A stretch of 64,000 bases of DNA, taken from an uncultured virus (IMG/VR IMGVR_UViG_3300025133_000078). Taxonomy: Duplodnaviria; Heunggongvirae; Uroviricota; Caudoviricetes. The stretch lies in IMG/VR virus record IMGVR_UViG_3300025133_000078; one strand, given 5' to 3'. The notes below the pieces were generated by a model. The model worked only from the letters and a program-made list of their open reading frames with translations, was not told the origin of the DNA and did no database searches. This document shows positions 28,801 through 40,300 of the stretch, piece by piece. The first letter of the stretch is position 1, and every line of letters begins with the position of its first letter. The translations under genes and the position numbers were made by a program.

Positions 28801-31737
28801 ATTGATGAGCAGGACAATATTTTTAAATTAACAACTAGACCAGTAGATTACTTTTTCGCGATCGAAAAGAGTATGTACCAAAATATCTCTGAAGAGATCT
28901 TAAATGTTTTTGCAACAATCGTTGATTTTAACACCTTGGTCGGTGATCCAGTCAATAGATACCGACAAGAATATAAACAATTATCAAAATTGAGAGAACT
29001 TTTCTTCGAGAGAGTTCAAAACGAGCCAGATTTAGATAAATATATCGATTTTTATAAGTGGATCGACAATTCTTTGTCAAATTTCCTAAATCAGCTAATT
29101 CCAGCCTCGGCTCAGTTTTCTGATAACATGAGAACCATGGTTGAAAGCCACGTTCTTGAGAGAAATAAATACTGGACCAAATTCCCCACACTAGATCTTA
29201 AAACTCCAGACCTAGAAGGTGGCTTAAATGCCATTAACGAGCTATTATACGATTGGGGCAACGGCCATAAGCCGCTCGGTAGTTCAGATCAATCTGAAAA
29301 TTGCTTCTGGTGGAACGAGAGAGCAAAAAGAGATGGTCCAGATATAACTTCCGGAGATGCAAATGTCGATTCAAATCGCAACTCATACTTAAGCGCTAGC
29401 CTTCAGGTATTAAACAGGAGTTATAGTACTCCATATAAGTTTAGTGTAACACAGCAAAATATTAGTGTTGGGGGCTCTAACTTCTATGAGAACAAAATAG
29501 TAAATTATGCCAAAAATATTATACCATGGGTAGATAAAGCCGGCGGATCCACTGGGATATATATAACTTCTGGAAATGTAGAGCTGTATACTTGCGACGA
29601 CTTGGACCACCCCCTTCAGAAAAGAAAATTAAAATTCGGAGCGTATACAACGGAAGCGGGTATGAGCAGCCCTGTTAATCCATTTGACTATAAATCAGGC
29701 AAGGGTGACAGATTCGTCCCATTTAGCATCTACAGCTCATCTTATACGAACACATATTCAGAGCCATTAATAACTGCCCTCGGTCATAATCTAGAAATAA
29801 CCAATAATCACACAGATACATATGGCGCGACAATCGGCACACCAATGCAGGGCCCATTTACGGAGAAATTCGTCGGAGGATTGCAGTCTCGCCACGTTGA
29901 CTTGAATGACGGTACTGACAACCAAACAAACAGAGCAGAACAATGGCAAATAAAGACATCGACTGGTGTTGTCAAAATAGCACGCCAGCCCATAGATCGC
30001 CCCAGGGCCATGCTCTTTCGAGATAATATTTCAAAAAGTCCCGTAAATATAAGAAATATTAAGCAGGTTAATGGTGTTAAAACGGGATTTGTTTCCGGAA
30101 CCTTGAATTCTAATATTGGAAACTTTCGAAAGATTTATGAAGTTGTCCAGGCCGCCGGCGGTAGAACTGCGAATAACCGAGCGTGGGTGCGAAATGGTCC
30201 ATGGAGCCTTGTGGACTTTCCGGATGATACAAGCCTTACGGAGTCTATGTTCGTAGGTGGGATGTTTGACGCTTCTGAACCACAAAGAGGTAGAGCAGCT
30301 CATGTTTTTGTTTGTCGCTTCTCGGCACCCGGAGGCCCCGACACGATGGGAGATAGCAACGGAGGCCCCGGTTTAGATAGATATGCTGCTGAGTTTTCTC
30401 CAAACAATGATTTAAACTGGCGGAATAACGAAGTTAGAGACCCTTTGAGAAAGTGGCTCCTTGCGCCCCATGTTAACCGGGGAGGCTATTATAGCGGAGT
30501 CGCCGGCGTGTCCCCGGGATCCGTAGAAAACGCCGTTAATTACGCTGGTACAGGATCTTTTTATCAGATTAATAGAAATACCAGAAGGGTTCTCAAACAA
30601 CAATTAGACGGAACGGTTATTACTTCTTCCGCCTATGACAATTATTATGTTCAAAAACCAATACCAGCAACTGACCTGGCTTATTCGTGGATTACTTCTT
30701 CAGTTGAGACCATAACCCCGGCAGCTTTTGGATATTGGCCAAAAAATTATTATGTCCCCTCTTTGACGGATGCTTTCCTGGCGCCTGTTTCTTGGCCACT
30801 CTTGAGCGCCACAAGCGCTCAGGTCGATTTCGCCGGAATGAATAATTATATTTATGAACCAATACCTCTACAGTATACTTCTGCCAAACACAAATCTCCA
30901 TCTGGGATAGAATATACCCGCACCGACTTGGCGGCCGCCATTGAGGCAGCCGCCTTTGACTATGATGACATCAAAAAATACCGCAATCAAGCAATAGCAA
31001 ATATAGCATCCGCAAAGGTGCTTTATAATCTGAATCTTCATCGCTACGGGCCCTATGGAAATTCATCTTTTCGGCAGTCAAGAACCGGCCGCCACCAAAT
31101 AGCGAGATATCTAAGAAGAAATAATTTCATTGGATGCACACAAGACAGAATCATAACTCGCGAATTCGGCTTTACAAATAAACAAATTATTGTTGAGAAT
31201 GTAGAGTCTACATTTTTTTATGAACCAGCCGTTCAGCAAGTATCAACACCCTTTTCATGGGCTTTCGGAATTGAGTCGCCACCGGAAAACACGGATCCGC
31301 GACAAGGCGCCACTTGCGACACCTCTGGAGAGACCGGCCTGACGGCCACAAAGACAATCTTTCTGGCCGCCTCTTTAATAAACGCGTATGGATTTCTAAA
31401 CCCAGAGTTGGCAAACTGCGCATCGGGCCTGAAAACGATCGTGAGGCTTGAAAATCAAGATGACCCTGATCCAAATGATGACCGAGGTTCATCAAATGGG
31501 TGCTTAAAAGAGGACACCCCCTACGGGACCATATCATCCTGGTATAAAAATAATAACGCTGATTTTGATCCAAGTTCGCCTATTAAATCTTTTGTAGAGG
31601 CTATTTATAGTAGTCCCTTCTTTCCGGCCTCTCTAAATAAGTTTAGATCTGCTGTCAGAAAGAGAGTTAACTTTAGAAACAGGGTTTATGTGGCCAGTCG
31701 CCCAGCAAGAACCCTAAATGGCACAGACAAATTTTAG
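25816..31737 (+). CDS. Giant baseplate/tail protein with LamG domain
   Basis: TVETWIKK, WHHLAF, GSLDEFRYW; YKSKG..SFRNLMRCYG baseplate-like motif; start at ATGA overlap 25816. Confidence 0.75.
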   Translation: MSIKKLFNKNIPQSIVSSTNMEDLGKSVESSGNIQQRIVEKNRFIPQKNYATPANFAKFGSAEKYYSDSFDRIANQYPYDGSLRERTEYLNNSTYLDLYIFDNVYPRTTGYATISPNGWGTQVSSVSAVGLPSIIEYIQIIGGPHTASGGMIGKELSDTFENSNFYNPDKNRESNLKFDFNQGVTVETWIKKDALVPAPLSSREAIFHLTNDETGNDTSGSLLIVLDTSLVSPTDTPIICDYISGTVSYTFDVYAGITNADFIDGNWHHLAFSFQNSGSDVVSRGYLDGELKSTLVASGFAINEVTGSLIANIGATRRMTNLADFVPGGTVPEGSGKLSGSLDEFRYWKATRTSEEIGRYWFTQYGGGTNNDNANTDLGVYLKFNEGITGIAATDSVALDYSGRISNGRWVGYTEQGRSTGSAIDLRLGKESEFKDPIIYSFHPDVVSTRTSLEGSGSNYDLRNNASFYYSMPSWIIEEDDESGQELLKLSQILSSYLDTLYLQVENYPKLKDVVYPGSKTKPLPFAHKLLDGFGLSTSEIFVDATILEQISNRNEKMKFDVDLTDIKNLIYKNIYNNLTYIYKSKGNMKSFRNLMRCYGIDTDLVKINLYGDNSMYRFRDNFEVNSTRKKYIDFNNPDRFEGTVYQHGNSLGSDSESFISASGPAAGWVTSSDQEEYTSFTLEAEIIFPRKVPETDPNYFATNFITSSLFGFHTADETTPSDFTWPAGEDAYVNVYAIREELESTNVKFAFETQLGIYTSSLFYDVYDNNKWNFAVRFYPEEHGSNLVTGSTVPHYFMELYGVNNDAGATANEFIINEEIPFLPGDIPSSWLWKSKRIYGGSLHTNFTGSIIHKTDVKLGSVRYWTSYLEDEVIKTHARDPENFGVLSPAKSTYLYQTSLSGVIVPEMETLALNWAFDTLTGSNPSGRFDVPDLSSGSAEKRTQYGWLGNVVGMRHPGQGDFFPADSSKALDTKFIYTGKQTLPENIQSSDMINIDEQDNIFKLTTRPVDYFFAIEKSMYQNISEEILNVFATIVDFNTLVGDPVNRYRQEYKQLSKLRELFFERVQNEPDLDKYIDFYKWIDNSLSNFLNQLIPASAQFSDNMRTMVESHVLERNKYWTKFPTLDLKTPDLEGGLNAINELLYDWGNGHKPLGSSDQSENCFWWNERAKRDGPDITSGDANVDSNRNSYLSASLQVLNRSYSTPYKFSVTQQNISVGGSNFYENKIVNYAKNIIPWVDKAGGSTGIYITSGNVELYTCDDLDHPLQKRKLKFGAYTTEAGMSSPVNPFDYKSGKGDRFVPFSIYSSSYTNTYSEPLITALGHNLEITNNHTDTYGATIGTPMQGPFTEKFVGGLQSRHVDLNDGTDNQTNRAEQWQIKTSTGVVKIARQPIDRPRAMLFRDNISKSPVNIRNIKQVNGVKTGFVSGTLNSNIGNFRKIYEVVQAAGGRTANNRAWVRNGPWSLVDFPDDTSLTESMFVGGMFDASEPQRGRAAHVFVCRFSAPGGPDTMGDSNGGPGLDRYAAEFSPNNDLNWRNNEVRDPLRKWLLAPHVNRGGYYSGVAGVSPGSVENAVNYAGTGSFYQINRNTRRVLKQQLDGTVITSSAYDNYYVQKPIPATDLAYSWITSSVETITPAAFGYWPKNYYVPSLTDAFLAPVSWPLLSATSAQVDFAGMNNYIYEPIPLQYTSAKHKSPSGIEYTRTDLAAAIEAAAFDYDDIKKYRNQAIANIASAKVLYNLNLHRYGPYGNSSFRQSRTGRHQIARYLRRNNFIGCTQDRIITREFGFTNKQIIVENVESTFFYEPAVQQVSTPFSWAFGIESPPENTDPRQGATCDTSGETGLTATKTIFLAASLINAYGFLNPELANCASGLKTIVRLENQDDPDPNDDRGSSNGCLKEDTPYGTISSWYKNNNADFDPSSPIKSFVEAIYSSPFFPASLNKFRSAVRKRVNFRNRVYVASRPARTLNGTDKF

Positions 31738-31752
31738 AAATGGAGACAATTA

Positions 31753-34700
31753 ATGGCTAATTCACAGGGATATACAGTTTCGCAGAGCATGTGGGCCCTA
31801 GATGCAGTTGAAAATTTTACGACAGCACCAATTTATACATCGGCAGAGGCCACTCTTGGCTCGGGAGCAGCCGGAGAATTACAGAATGACTATTCCCAGT
31901 GCTTTGGATCAAGCGTTTTCTCAAGCAGCTACAGCTTGAATTGCAACCCTGACGATGTATCCCCCATCCCCGACACCGGCTCCACGGGACCACTATACTA
32001 TGGCGCAAGGCTCTATAATCCGTTAACAACACCGGCCATCCCACCCAGAGCAAAGACTTTTGCCGAATATGCAGTTGGCACATCCGCGAGTTCCGGGACA
32101 CCTAACGCCTGGACCGTTTCTGCATGGGTATATCCCACGCCGATGTCCATTGGCGGAATGAACGGCCTATACAAGTGGAAGCGATATCATATAGTTTCTT
32201 TCGCGTCTGCTGATCACATAACTCCTGCCGGCGCAACACAGGGAACATGCTCTTTGAGCCTTTTTCTCACCGGAAATGCTCTTAATTCCACAACTCAAGG
32301 CATCGGCGCCGAAACAACAATTTCAACATCATACGGATATGTCACAGACGTCGTTTCGACATTTAACGGCTCAATGTTCACAGCCGAAACCAACGCCGGC
32401 GAATGGAATCATATTTTGTGCTGTTACGATGCTACGACCCCTGACGTTTCTTCCGAAACAACAGACAGGTTTAAAGTCTACTTGAATGGAACTCTGCTGA
32501 ATTTGTTTTCTCACTCTGTTAATTATATTGATGAAGAATCGCCATTTTACGGAGAAATTCACCCTTCAACTGGAGCCATCGGCAATCGCGCCTCTCAAAA
32601 TCTTGATCTATCAACACTAACCGGCACCTCCGCCGGCCAAAACTTCCCCCAAAGAGAACATTTTGTGAACAACGTCTTCGATGGCGGTATCGCAGAAGTT
32701 TCCATTTTCAATTATTCTCTACATAGTTATGACGAGGCTTTGGTAACTCAAATGTATAATGAGGGATGTCCGCCAGACATGTCAAAATTGCCGGTATTTA
32801 ACGATATAGCTCAGAGACCCTTTGGTTGGTACCGTATGGGCGCAACACAGCCTCCACCAGATATTTATGGACCCCCAGTACCGCTGGCCACCAGCTCGGG
32901 ACAAATTGGACCCGGAGATACAGAAGGTTCTGCCTCCTGGAATCCAGACACAGCCGGCGCCGGCTCAAGGCTGGTCAACGCCGTCGCAACCTTTTGGCCA
33001 GATGATAAAGATTACTATGTTGATGGCTTATACGCTCAAGGCGATGGCTACCCAACCTTGGATGTTTCATTAAGCGCCCCAGCGGACATCAATATGGATT
33101 TTTCCGCCTTGGGCCCCTGTAGCGACGGATATAGCGCAGCAGATAAGAATACCTTAATTGCGTCCCCCATATATAACAGAAAGCATTCATTAGGGTCTGT
33201 TTTCTCAGTTACTCATTTTGGATGGTCTGTTCCAAAAAAATACTATCCTTTGTCAGAAGACTATCCGGATAGGACGCTGTCAATGCCAATCCCGGAAGAC
33301 AGTGCGTCGATAGAAGCGTGGACAAACCAGTACCCAGTGACTCCCCTCCTCGGCCCATCGGGCTTATATACCCTCGGATACCCTTTGGGTAAAATTCAAA
33401 CATGTGGTGGGTCCGCAGAATGGGAATCCGGCCCGCTGGCCGGGGAAACACGCGCCGGCTCGTGGGTTAGCGGCTCACAGGCGCCATCTTATGATAGTTA
33501 CGATGATTATAACCAATATATGAGATTAATAAATAAAGATTATTCGGTAATTCCAGAATTTTTAATAAGTGATCAGATCGAATTTTATTTCAACAAACAA
33601 GAGGGGGATTTTTTAGTAGCAAATTCATCGCAATTCGCCATAAAGGGGTCTTCGACAAGTTCGACTTCTGATATTCCAAGCAACAGCTCCGAAGAAGCAT
33701 TTTATGAAACTTTTTCCAATTCTGATTTTTTAAGAAATTTTTCAGTCATCAAACAAGATCACAAGGGGTTTGCAGATCCTACGACGATCACTTTAAAATG
33801 CAAGGCTTTGATGAAATTCCTCCCCTATGACGGATTCTTTCCATCAGAGCGAAGTCTTCAAATTGCAAATCAATTTTCTAAATCTTATGGATCTTTCGTG
33901 GAGTACTCTGGCCTAGATAAAAACTTAACAAATGCAAGGTTCAGGCCGTTTCTAACTCCGTTTTTTAGACCGGGAATTGTTTATAATACAATTAAGTCTG
34001 GTCTGGCGGTTGACTTTCCGGTTTATACAAGTTCTTATCAGGTCATTAATTACAAAACTTATGATGCCACAGATACTGGTGGCGAAAAATATTTCTCAAA
34101 TTACTATGCTCTGGGGACTCAAGACTCTTACAGCACTGCCGCCTCGGTCTCAACCGCCAGTTGGGATTTGAGAATACCATTTGAAGCCGTGGTCGAGCCT
34201 GAAAAATATATTTCCAATGTTCCAATTTATGATTTAGAGCCGCACCCCAGCTCCGCGTTGGATATTCAGGCAAAGTGGTCAGGCGAGGGCGATATTCTAT
34301 ATAAGAGAATGATGCATAATTATTTAGCGGCTATTCCAGAGTTTTTCTTGCCAAATGGTGAGTTTACGAGTTTGAAAAGTAAGCCAGAAAGTGAATTTTT
34401 GACAGTTCAATCTGGAACATCCTATGGAATGAGAATTAAACTTAGAAGGTCAATGAACAAGACGCGCATGTGGAGATCCTATGCTCACAACTCGTCGGTT
34501 GTTACTTACGAACTCCCCCAAGATCCCCGGAATCTAACAGGTGACGCTGCGGGACTGAGAGAAACCTTTACTATGTATAGCCGACCATCTGCATTTGGCC
34601 CCCCAGTTGCGGGAACAACCTACCTCGGATTCAGGCAAAGTATTCAGCCAGATGACGACAGAAATGCCTATTATAACACCGAACTTTTCCCTTCTGATAG

Positions 34701-36261
34701 CTTGATGGGTATAAATCCGTCCTATACCCCCCCCTATTATGGGAGAGAATCGTGGGCAGATGTAGTTTACCTAGCAACGACCTCCGGCCCCGTCACAATA
34801 GACGAGATTTTCTCCAACGCTACGGTTAATCTATGGGGCATCGATGCAAACCCAATTCTAGACGGTACCACCAGTTCTGTAACTGGCGCTTTATATGGAA
34901 ACGACAGGACACAGGCAGTTTGGAGTACGAATGAAGATCCCGCCAAACTAGATTACAGCAGCCCGATGAGAGTATCATATGCAAATGCCTATGCCATGAA
35001 ATTAGATTCGTCGTTTAATCTTCTTGGAAAGCGCCGCGACAGATGGATAATCGAACCAAAATTTGAGACTCCGCATTATAATTTTAATTCCGAGACCTCA
35101 ATTCGCCCGCTTTTAAGCTCTAGCAACACCTTGACAATCCCGACCAACGGATCGGAATCTGTTCCAAGGGGTATGTGGCATCAATTTGGGACGAGAGAGG
35201 TTGACAAGGGGATTTATGTTGAGGTCGACCCCATCCCGGAGGAGTGGAGAATTGTGAGAGGCTATGCTGACCCAGATCGAACGGAAGTGGGCGGTGACGC
35301 CTTCAATACAGAGTTAATATCCGGCATAGATCTATCAGTCTACCAGAACGACAAATTTAAAGACCTAAGCAAGCTCGTCGGTTTCGAGGGGGGAAAGAAG
35401 CTTGGGAATACCGCCGAGGCTATGACCGTTTCGGAAGCAATCGTCGCCGTCCCCTTTATTTTGGAAGGAACTGAAAAGAAATTCCTCCAAATTCCAGAAA
35501 ATGTGATAAGGAGAGCCCTCGGCGATCTAAACACAATCTCTTCGGATAAGTCCGTTTCCCAAGCAGGTCTGGCAGTTAAAGCTGCCCTGAAGGGGATAGA
35601 AAATAATGAAGATTTGTTGGGTAATCTTCCAGACATCAAAGCCGCAAAAATCCGAGCCGCTGCCGCTGCCGCTGCCAGTTCCGCATCCTCGCAATTGGAT
35701 AGGGACGAGGATACATCGGATAAAGTCTCTGATACAATAAGAGACATGGTCAGCAAGATGAAGAAGTTTGTATTTCCTCCAAATATGGATTTTGTCAACA
35801 ATCTTGGAAAAGTTACTCCCTTCTCTATGTATATATTCGAATTTGAATATCAGTTTACACAAACAGACCTTGCCTATATGTGGCAAAATGTCGCACCGCC
35901 CGAGAGAGCGGTGAAATTTCACCAGAAAGAGGTGCAAATTTCTCATAAATTATATGCGAATGAGCTTATGGGATCTTTCGGCGATGGAGACAACGATCCA
36001 ATGAAAGACGGACTTCAGTGGATGGTTTTCAAGGTGAAGCAGCGAGCCGCCAATAATTATTTTAGCAAGGTTTCAAAAGAAACAGGCCCAAAATCCGAAC
36101 AATTTCCAGTTAGCTATAACTGGCCTTATGACTTCTTCTCCTTGGTTGAATTCGCCAGTATGGACGCCAAAGTTGGATTTGGAAAGGGGCTCAAAGACGG
36201 AAGTATCGACGAAAGAGCAGCCGAAGCCATGGCAAATCCACAAAAAGTTGCAAAGAGTTGA
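31753..36261 (+). CDS. Large virion protein with LamG domain
   Basis: WTVSAWVYP, WNHILCCYD, FDGGIAEVSIFN; GGAGA RBS. Confidence 0.75.
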   Translation: MANSQGYTVSQSMWALDAVENFTTAPIYTSAEATLGSGAAGELQNDYSQCFGSSVFSSSYSLNCNPDDVSPIPDTGSTGPLYYGARLYNPLTTPAIPPRAKTFAEYAVGTSASSGTPNAWTVSAWVYPTPMSIGGMNGLYKWKRYHIVSFASADHITPAGATQGTCSLSLFLTGNALNSTTQGIGAETTISTSYGYVTDVVSTFNGSMFTAETNAGEWNHILCCYDATTPDVSSETTDRFKVYLNGTLLNLFSHSVNYIDEESPFYGEIHPSTGAIGNRASQNLDLSTLTGTSAGQNFPQREHFVNNVFDGGIAEVSIFNYSLHSYDEALVTQMYNEGCPPDMSKLPVFNDIAQRPFGWYRMGATQPPPDIYGPPVPLATSSGQIGPGDTEGSASWNPDTAGAGSRLVNAVATFWPDDKDYYVDGLYAQGDGYPTLDVSLSAPADINMDFSALGPCSDGYSAADKNTLIASPIYNRKHSLGSVFSVTHFGWSVPKKYYPLSEDYPDRTLSMPIPEDSASIEAWTNQYPVTPLLGPSGLYTLGYPLGKIQTCGGSAEWESGPLAGETRAGSWVSGSQAPSYDSYDDYNQYMRLINKDYSVIPEFLISDQIEFYFNKQEGDFLVANSSQFAIKGSSTSSTSDIPSNSSEEAFYETFSNSDFLRNFSVIKQDHKGFADPTTITLKCKALMKFLPYDGFFPSERSLQIANQFSKSYGSFVEYSGLDKNLTNARFRPFLTPFFRPGIVYNTIKSGLAVDFPVYTSSYQVINYKTYDATDTGGEKYFSNYYALGTQDSYSTAASVSTASWDLRIPFEAVVEPEKYISNVPIYDLEPHPSSALDIQAKWSGEGDILYKRMMHNYLAAIPEFFLPNGEFTSLKSKPESEFLTVQSGTSYGMRIKLRRSMNKTRMWRSYAHNSSVVTYELPQDPRNLTGDAAGLRETFTMYSRPSAFGPPVAGTTYLGFRQSIQPDDDRNAYYNTELFPSDSLMGINPSYTPPYYGRESWADVVYLATTSGPVTIDEIFSNATVNLWGIDANPILDGTTSSVTGALYGNDRTQAVWSTNEDPAKLDYSSPMRVSYANAYAMKLDSSFNLLGKRRDRWIIEPKFETPHYNFNSETSIRPLLSSSNTLTIPTNGSESVPRGMWHQFGTREVDKGIYVEVDPIPEEWRIVRGYADPDRTEVGGDAFNTELISGIDLSVYQNDKFKDLSKLVGFEGGKKLGNTAEAMTVSEAIVAVPFILEGTEKKFLQIPENVIRRALGDLNTISSDKSVSQAGLAVKAALKGIENNEDLLGNLPDIKAAKIRAAAAAAASSASSQLDRDEDTSDKVSDTIRDMVSKMKKFVFPPNMDFVNNLGKVTPFSMYIFEFEYQFTQTDLAYMWQNVAPPERAVKFHQKEVQISHKLYANELMGSFGDGDNDPMKDGLQWMVFKVKQRAANNYFSKVSKETGPKSEQFPVSYNWPYDFFSLVEFASMDAKVGFGKGLKDGSIDERAAEAMANPQKVAKS

Positions 36262-36292
36262 AGTAATCCAAAAAAAGGGAAAGAAGAAATAA

Positions 36293-37282
36293 ATGACGTT
36301 TTTTAATAAAAAAGAAGAGGTTCTAGACATCAAATTGACACAATTTGGCAAACAACTCTTGTCAACGGGCCGCCTCAAACCCATCTATTATCAATTTTTT
36401 GATGATAACGTTTTATATGATGGGGAATATGCTGGAATAACTGAGGTACAAAACGATATTGAGCCGAGAATCCAAGAGAACACGGTGCAAAACAAGACTC
36501 AACATGTATTCTCTGGAATAGAAAGTAATTTTTCAGTATATATCGACCCTCGCGACGACCTAACGGTACCAGAAACAGAAAGAATAAGGGTGCAGCCAAC
36601 TCCAGAAAAGGAGTTTTCTTTAGTTAATTCAATGGGAAATTCAGATCTCCAATCCACGACTGCCCCAAATTGGAGGCTAACCCTACTTGGGGGGGAAATA
36701 CTAAGCGCCTCATACTTATTGACAGGAGAATACCAGGATTTACAAATTCCGCAAGTAAACCTAGATATTACTTATGTTACGAAGGTCTTGGATGAGGCAG
36801 AAACAGAAAACAATATCCTTTTGGGCCCGAGCGATGAAGAAACAGTATTTAGGGACGGCTCTTCAATAAATATATCCTATAAAAACAATAATAAAAACTT
36901 GTTGCTGATGGTTGAGGAAAAGGGAGTTACTTTTGCCAAGGAAAATTTTGAAGTAGAAATCTTTTATGTAGAGCCGTCAGACGGATCATATACCCCGCTT
37001 TCTTTTGCCGAAGAAAGGTCAAGCATTGTAAACGGCCTCTTGGTTCTAAACGACGATCCCCCCGACGACCAAGAGATGGATGACACTTTTGCAGAATTTT
37101 TCTTCGATTTATACACCGATTCGAAAATAAATAAGTCAGATATGTGTGCGGGGATAAGTAAGGTGAAATCCAAAGGAATTTATGTCGATACTCCCCTTGA
37201 ATGTGAAGATGTAATCACTTCTCCGATCACTATTAGTCCATATGCCGAAGGCGCTACCGGACCTGTATGCGAGGACGAATAA
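36293..37282 (+). CDS. Hypothetical baseplate/tail protein
   Basis: N-terminal LT..G..LL..G..F..DD..Y motif shared with 43642..44595. Confidence 0.7.
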   Translation: MTFFNKKEEVLDIKLTQFGKQLLSTGRLKPIYYQFFDDNVLYDGEYAGITEVQNDIEPRIQENTVQNKTQHVFSGIESNFSVYIDPRDDLTVPETERIRVQPTPEKEFSLVNSMGNSDLQSTTAPNWRLTLLGGEILSASYLLTGEYQDLQIPQVNLDITYVTKVLDEAETENNILLGPSDEETVFRDGSSINISYKNNNKNLLLMVEEKGVTFAKENFEVEIFYVEPSDGSYTPLSFAEERSSIVNGLLVLNDDPPDDQEMDDTFAEFFFDLYTDSKINKSDMCAGISKVKSKGIYVDTPLECEDVITSPITISPYAEGATGPVCEDE

Positions 37283-37311
37283 ATGTTAATGAAGGCTCTT
37301 TTCAGTAGCAA

Positions 37312-37320
37312 ACTATTTAT
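37312..37320 (+). promoter_or_regulatory. Putative late promoter ACTATTTAT
   Basis: Intergenic, 18 nt before ATG 37339; recurs before other structural genes. Confidence 0.6.
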
Positions 37321-37338
37321 TATAAAAGGAAATATTCA

Positions 37339-40300
37339 ATGGCCCTAGATACCTCCCCATCTTCTACAGGCGTCCTCTTATCTTCTGATAACAAGGATTC
37401 TCAAATTCCGACAATCTTATTTGATATGATAACCCTTGACGAGGGAGTTTCAACTCCAATTCTGGGGCGCCCCCAAACTTCAAACTTAATTGTGAATTTG
37501 AAGATGCACATAGAAATACCAGTTGCATCCTCAGACAACGACATTTTAAAGAATATAGGTGTCTGCGTTGTGAGGTGTACTAGCGCCCAAGCTGCGAAAT
37601 ACATCGAGTCAACTGGAAAGATACCTAAGAAGGTTCAGAAAATTTATGAAGGTCCCCTAAAAAACCTGTTGGGAGGTACCGATATAAATATAATTGGTTC
37701 TTCGCCGAAGGAGGTCTTCGAAACATCTAGTGGAAAAAGGATTTTTAATATATCTTTCCAAAAAAATGATAAACTCGCAGCAACTCACCCAGTTCCGCAC
37801 CTCTCTTATTACGCTTTTTGCTATTTGGACCTGAAGAGTTTAGTTGAATCTCTTGGTATAGAAGACATCCCAAGCCTTGGTCCGACTATCGGCCCAATTT
37901 CGGGGGAAAATGTAATATCTGTAGGAAAAGTTAATATAACTTCTTATGTGTTCTTTATAACATCGCCGTTCCCGGAAAACTTATCTGGCACTTATTGGAC
38001 CGGCCCCGTTTTACAAGATAAAGCCGGCAAGTGGGGGTCAGCGCGCCTAGCACCCGGCTTCGGAATGGAAGCGGGCCTGCTCCCAACAAACCCACCAATG
38101 GATTTAGATAGAATACAAGTTAGAAATTCTAAAATACAAGACTTCAGGATCTTGAGGCAAATTCCAAATCTTAATTTTGATTTAATCCCGAGTAATTTCT
38201 CTCCCATAATAATAAAGGGGAGAGATAATTTTAACAATTCAATACAAAACCCGGATGCTTATATATCTAATGCCTTTTTAACTAGAGATCTGCACAATAA
38301 TTGTAGATTTATATTTGAATTTGATTACGATCGTGCCCTCGTGAGGGAAAGTAAGTTTGGGAAAATTTTAACAAATCCGTTTGTACCGAAAGAGACAAAA
38401 AAGAAAATCTATAACTACTCTCCAATAACCAGCTTGAGGATAGTTCGAAGGAGGGTAGAAACTGTTCGCGGGTATAATCGATTGTCTTCACCATCTCTTG
38501 GAATAAATAACAGCGAAATAGAGCCGGAAGAGCTAGTAATCGTCGAAACTGCCTCAGATCCAGAAAGAAACAATACTCTAAAAAGAGTGGTCTTGGTCGC
38601 ACCGGACACCGGCAGACGAAACAGAGAAAGTCAAGCCGTTGCAAGCGTCATGGAACTTTTATCGCTCAAGAACTCTCCCAAACACACTCGAACTATCTCC
38701 GTAACTGATAATTCAATAAGTCAAATTCAAAATGGTACTCATCAATATGGCGTTAAAATTGAAATGGAGGATGGTTCCATCAGATTTCTGAACGAAAGGC
38801 TGAAAAGATTGAGAACCCTCAGAACCTACTTAAAAGAGTATTATGAATTAAAACAGATTCCAAAAAAGAGTTATCAAACAATTTCCAGCATAAAAGATTA
38901 CTATGATATTATTTTTTCTTCGGGGCCCCCGCCAATCTTCACGCCCGTCGACCCCTTTGGGGCCCCCCATGAATCAAATTTTAATAGAGCATCTTTCGCA
39001 GACAAAATAGAAATAAACAATCTGCGAACAGAGCTTGGTTTTCTTGTTGGAAATCTTGATCCCAGAGAAACGCTCTATCCTTGGGTAATTGTTCCCGAGT
39101 ATCTGGTCGATACTCTGGAGTCAATTTCTGATTTTTCTTATATAACGAAATCAAAAAATATTCAGAATACTCAAATTATGCAAACCCCCGCTGCGCAATT
39201 CAATTCCCCAGATGCCGAGCCACCGGAAATCTTAGGAAGACCAACTGGCCTTGCGCGCCTAAATGAAGTAGACTCCGGCGCAAGAGATTACGGAATTGGA
39301 GCAAGCCAGGGAGTCTCTTTGGACAGTTTTGATAGAATTGATAGTGACCCGAGTGCCCCGACAGCGACTCAAATGAGGGCCATAGACCTCTTTGATGAAA
39401 AGGCTGCCAGATTTGCTTTGAGGAGCTTATTGGATCCAAGGTCCTCCACTTCTGAGTCTATTTTACAAGTTATTGGAATTCTTGACATGCTAACTCAAAA
39501 GATAAGAATTATGATGGGCTCCTCCGCGCAAATAGAAGAAGTTTCGGTGTCCACCAGGAGACAGGGAGTCGCTCAGAATTCAAAAGTATCAGTCTTGAAT
39601 TTAAACGATTACTTTATTGAACTCTTCGACGCATCCCTCTCCATTCTTCCGGCTGTGGATCATATAGGATTCAAAAGATCTGCTGGTCGCACCCACACGA
39701 TAAATTCCACTGGAGGATATAGTACAGTATTTGCCGCAGGCTCCTCCATAAATGGACTCGATGTTAATAATATTACCGGCAAGCATGGCGGAGACGCCGG
39801 CCCGCTTGGAATGACAGTTGACTCTCTAAAGGCAGTCGTAGAGGATGAGCGCGCCATAGATGATGCAATCGATCAAGCGGAAGCAGAATTTGCCGCAGCA
39901 CCTGGCGCTCCAGCCGATGACCCCAGAGAACCAGAGGCCATTCGCCAAGCTGCGCCCCCAACAAAAGAAAAGACGGCCCGCACTGTCCGGAAAGCCCAAC
40001 AAACGGACTCCGATGAGCTAATTATTACGCCCACTGTTTTTGATGATCGTCAGGGGGGGATAATCGAGGTTACGACAACCACTAAAAACTGGCTAGCCCC
40101 CGAACAATATGTTAATATGCAAAATGCCGCCACAGCAATAGCCGTATCAGAGACTCCATCATTTGCCTCCACAAATCAAGATAGAATTAATATTACAATG
40201 TCGACACTCAATGTGGAGGTTCTGCCCATGGGAACACCAATGGCAGTCCAAGAATCTTTGAATACAGGCCAGAACCGCGACGGACAAACTGTGTCCGTAG

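Noticed and set aside
23609..36261. Diversity-generating retroelement targeting the LamG proteins
   Set aside because: No reverse transcriptase and no template/variable repeat pair noticed in the window
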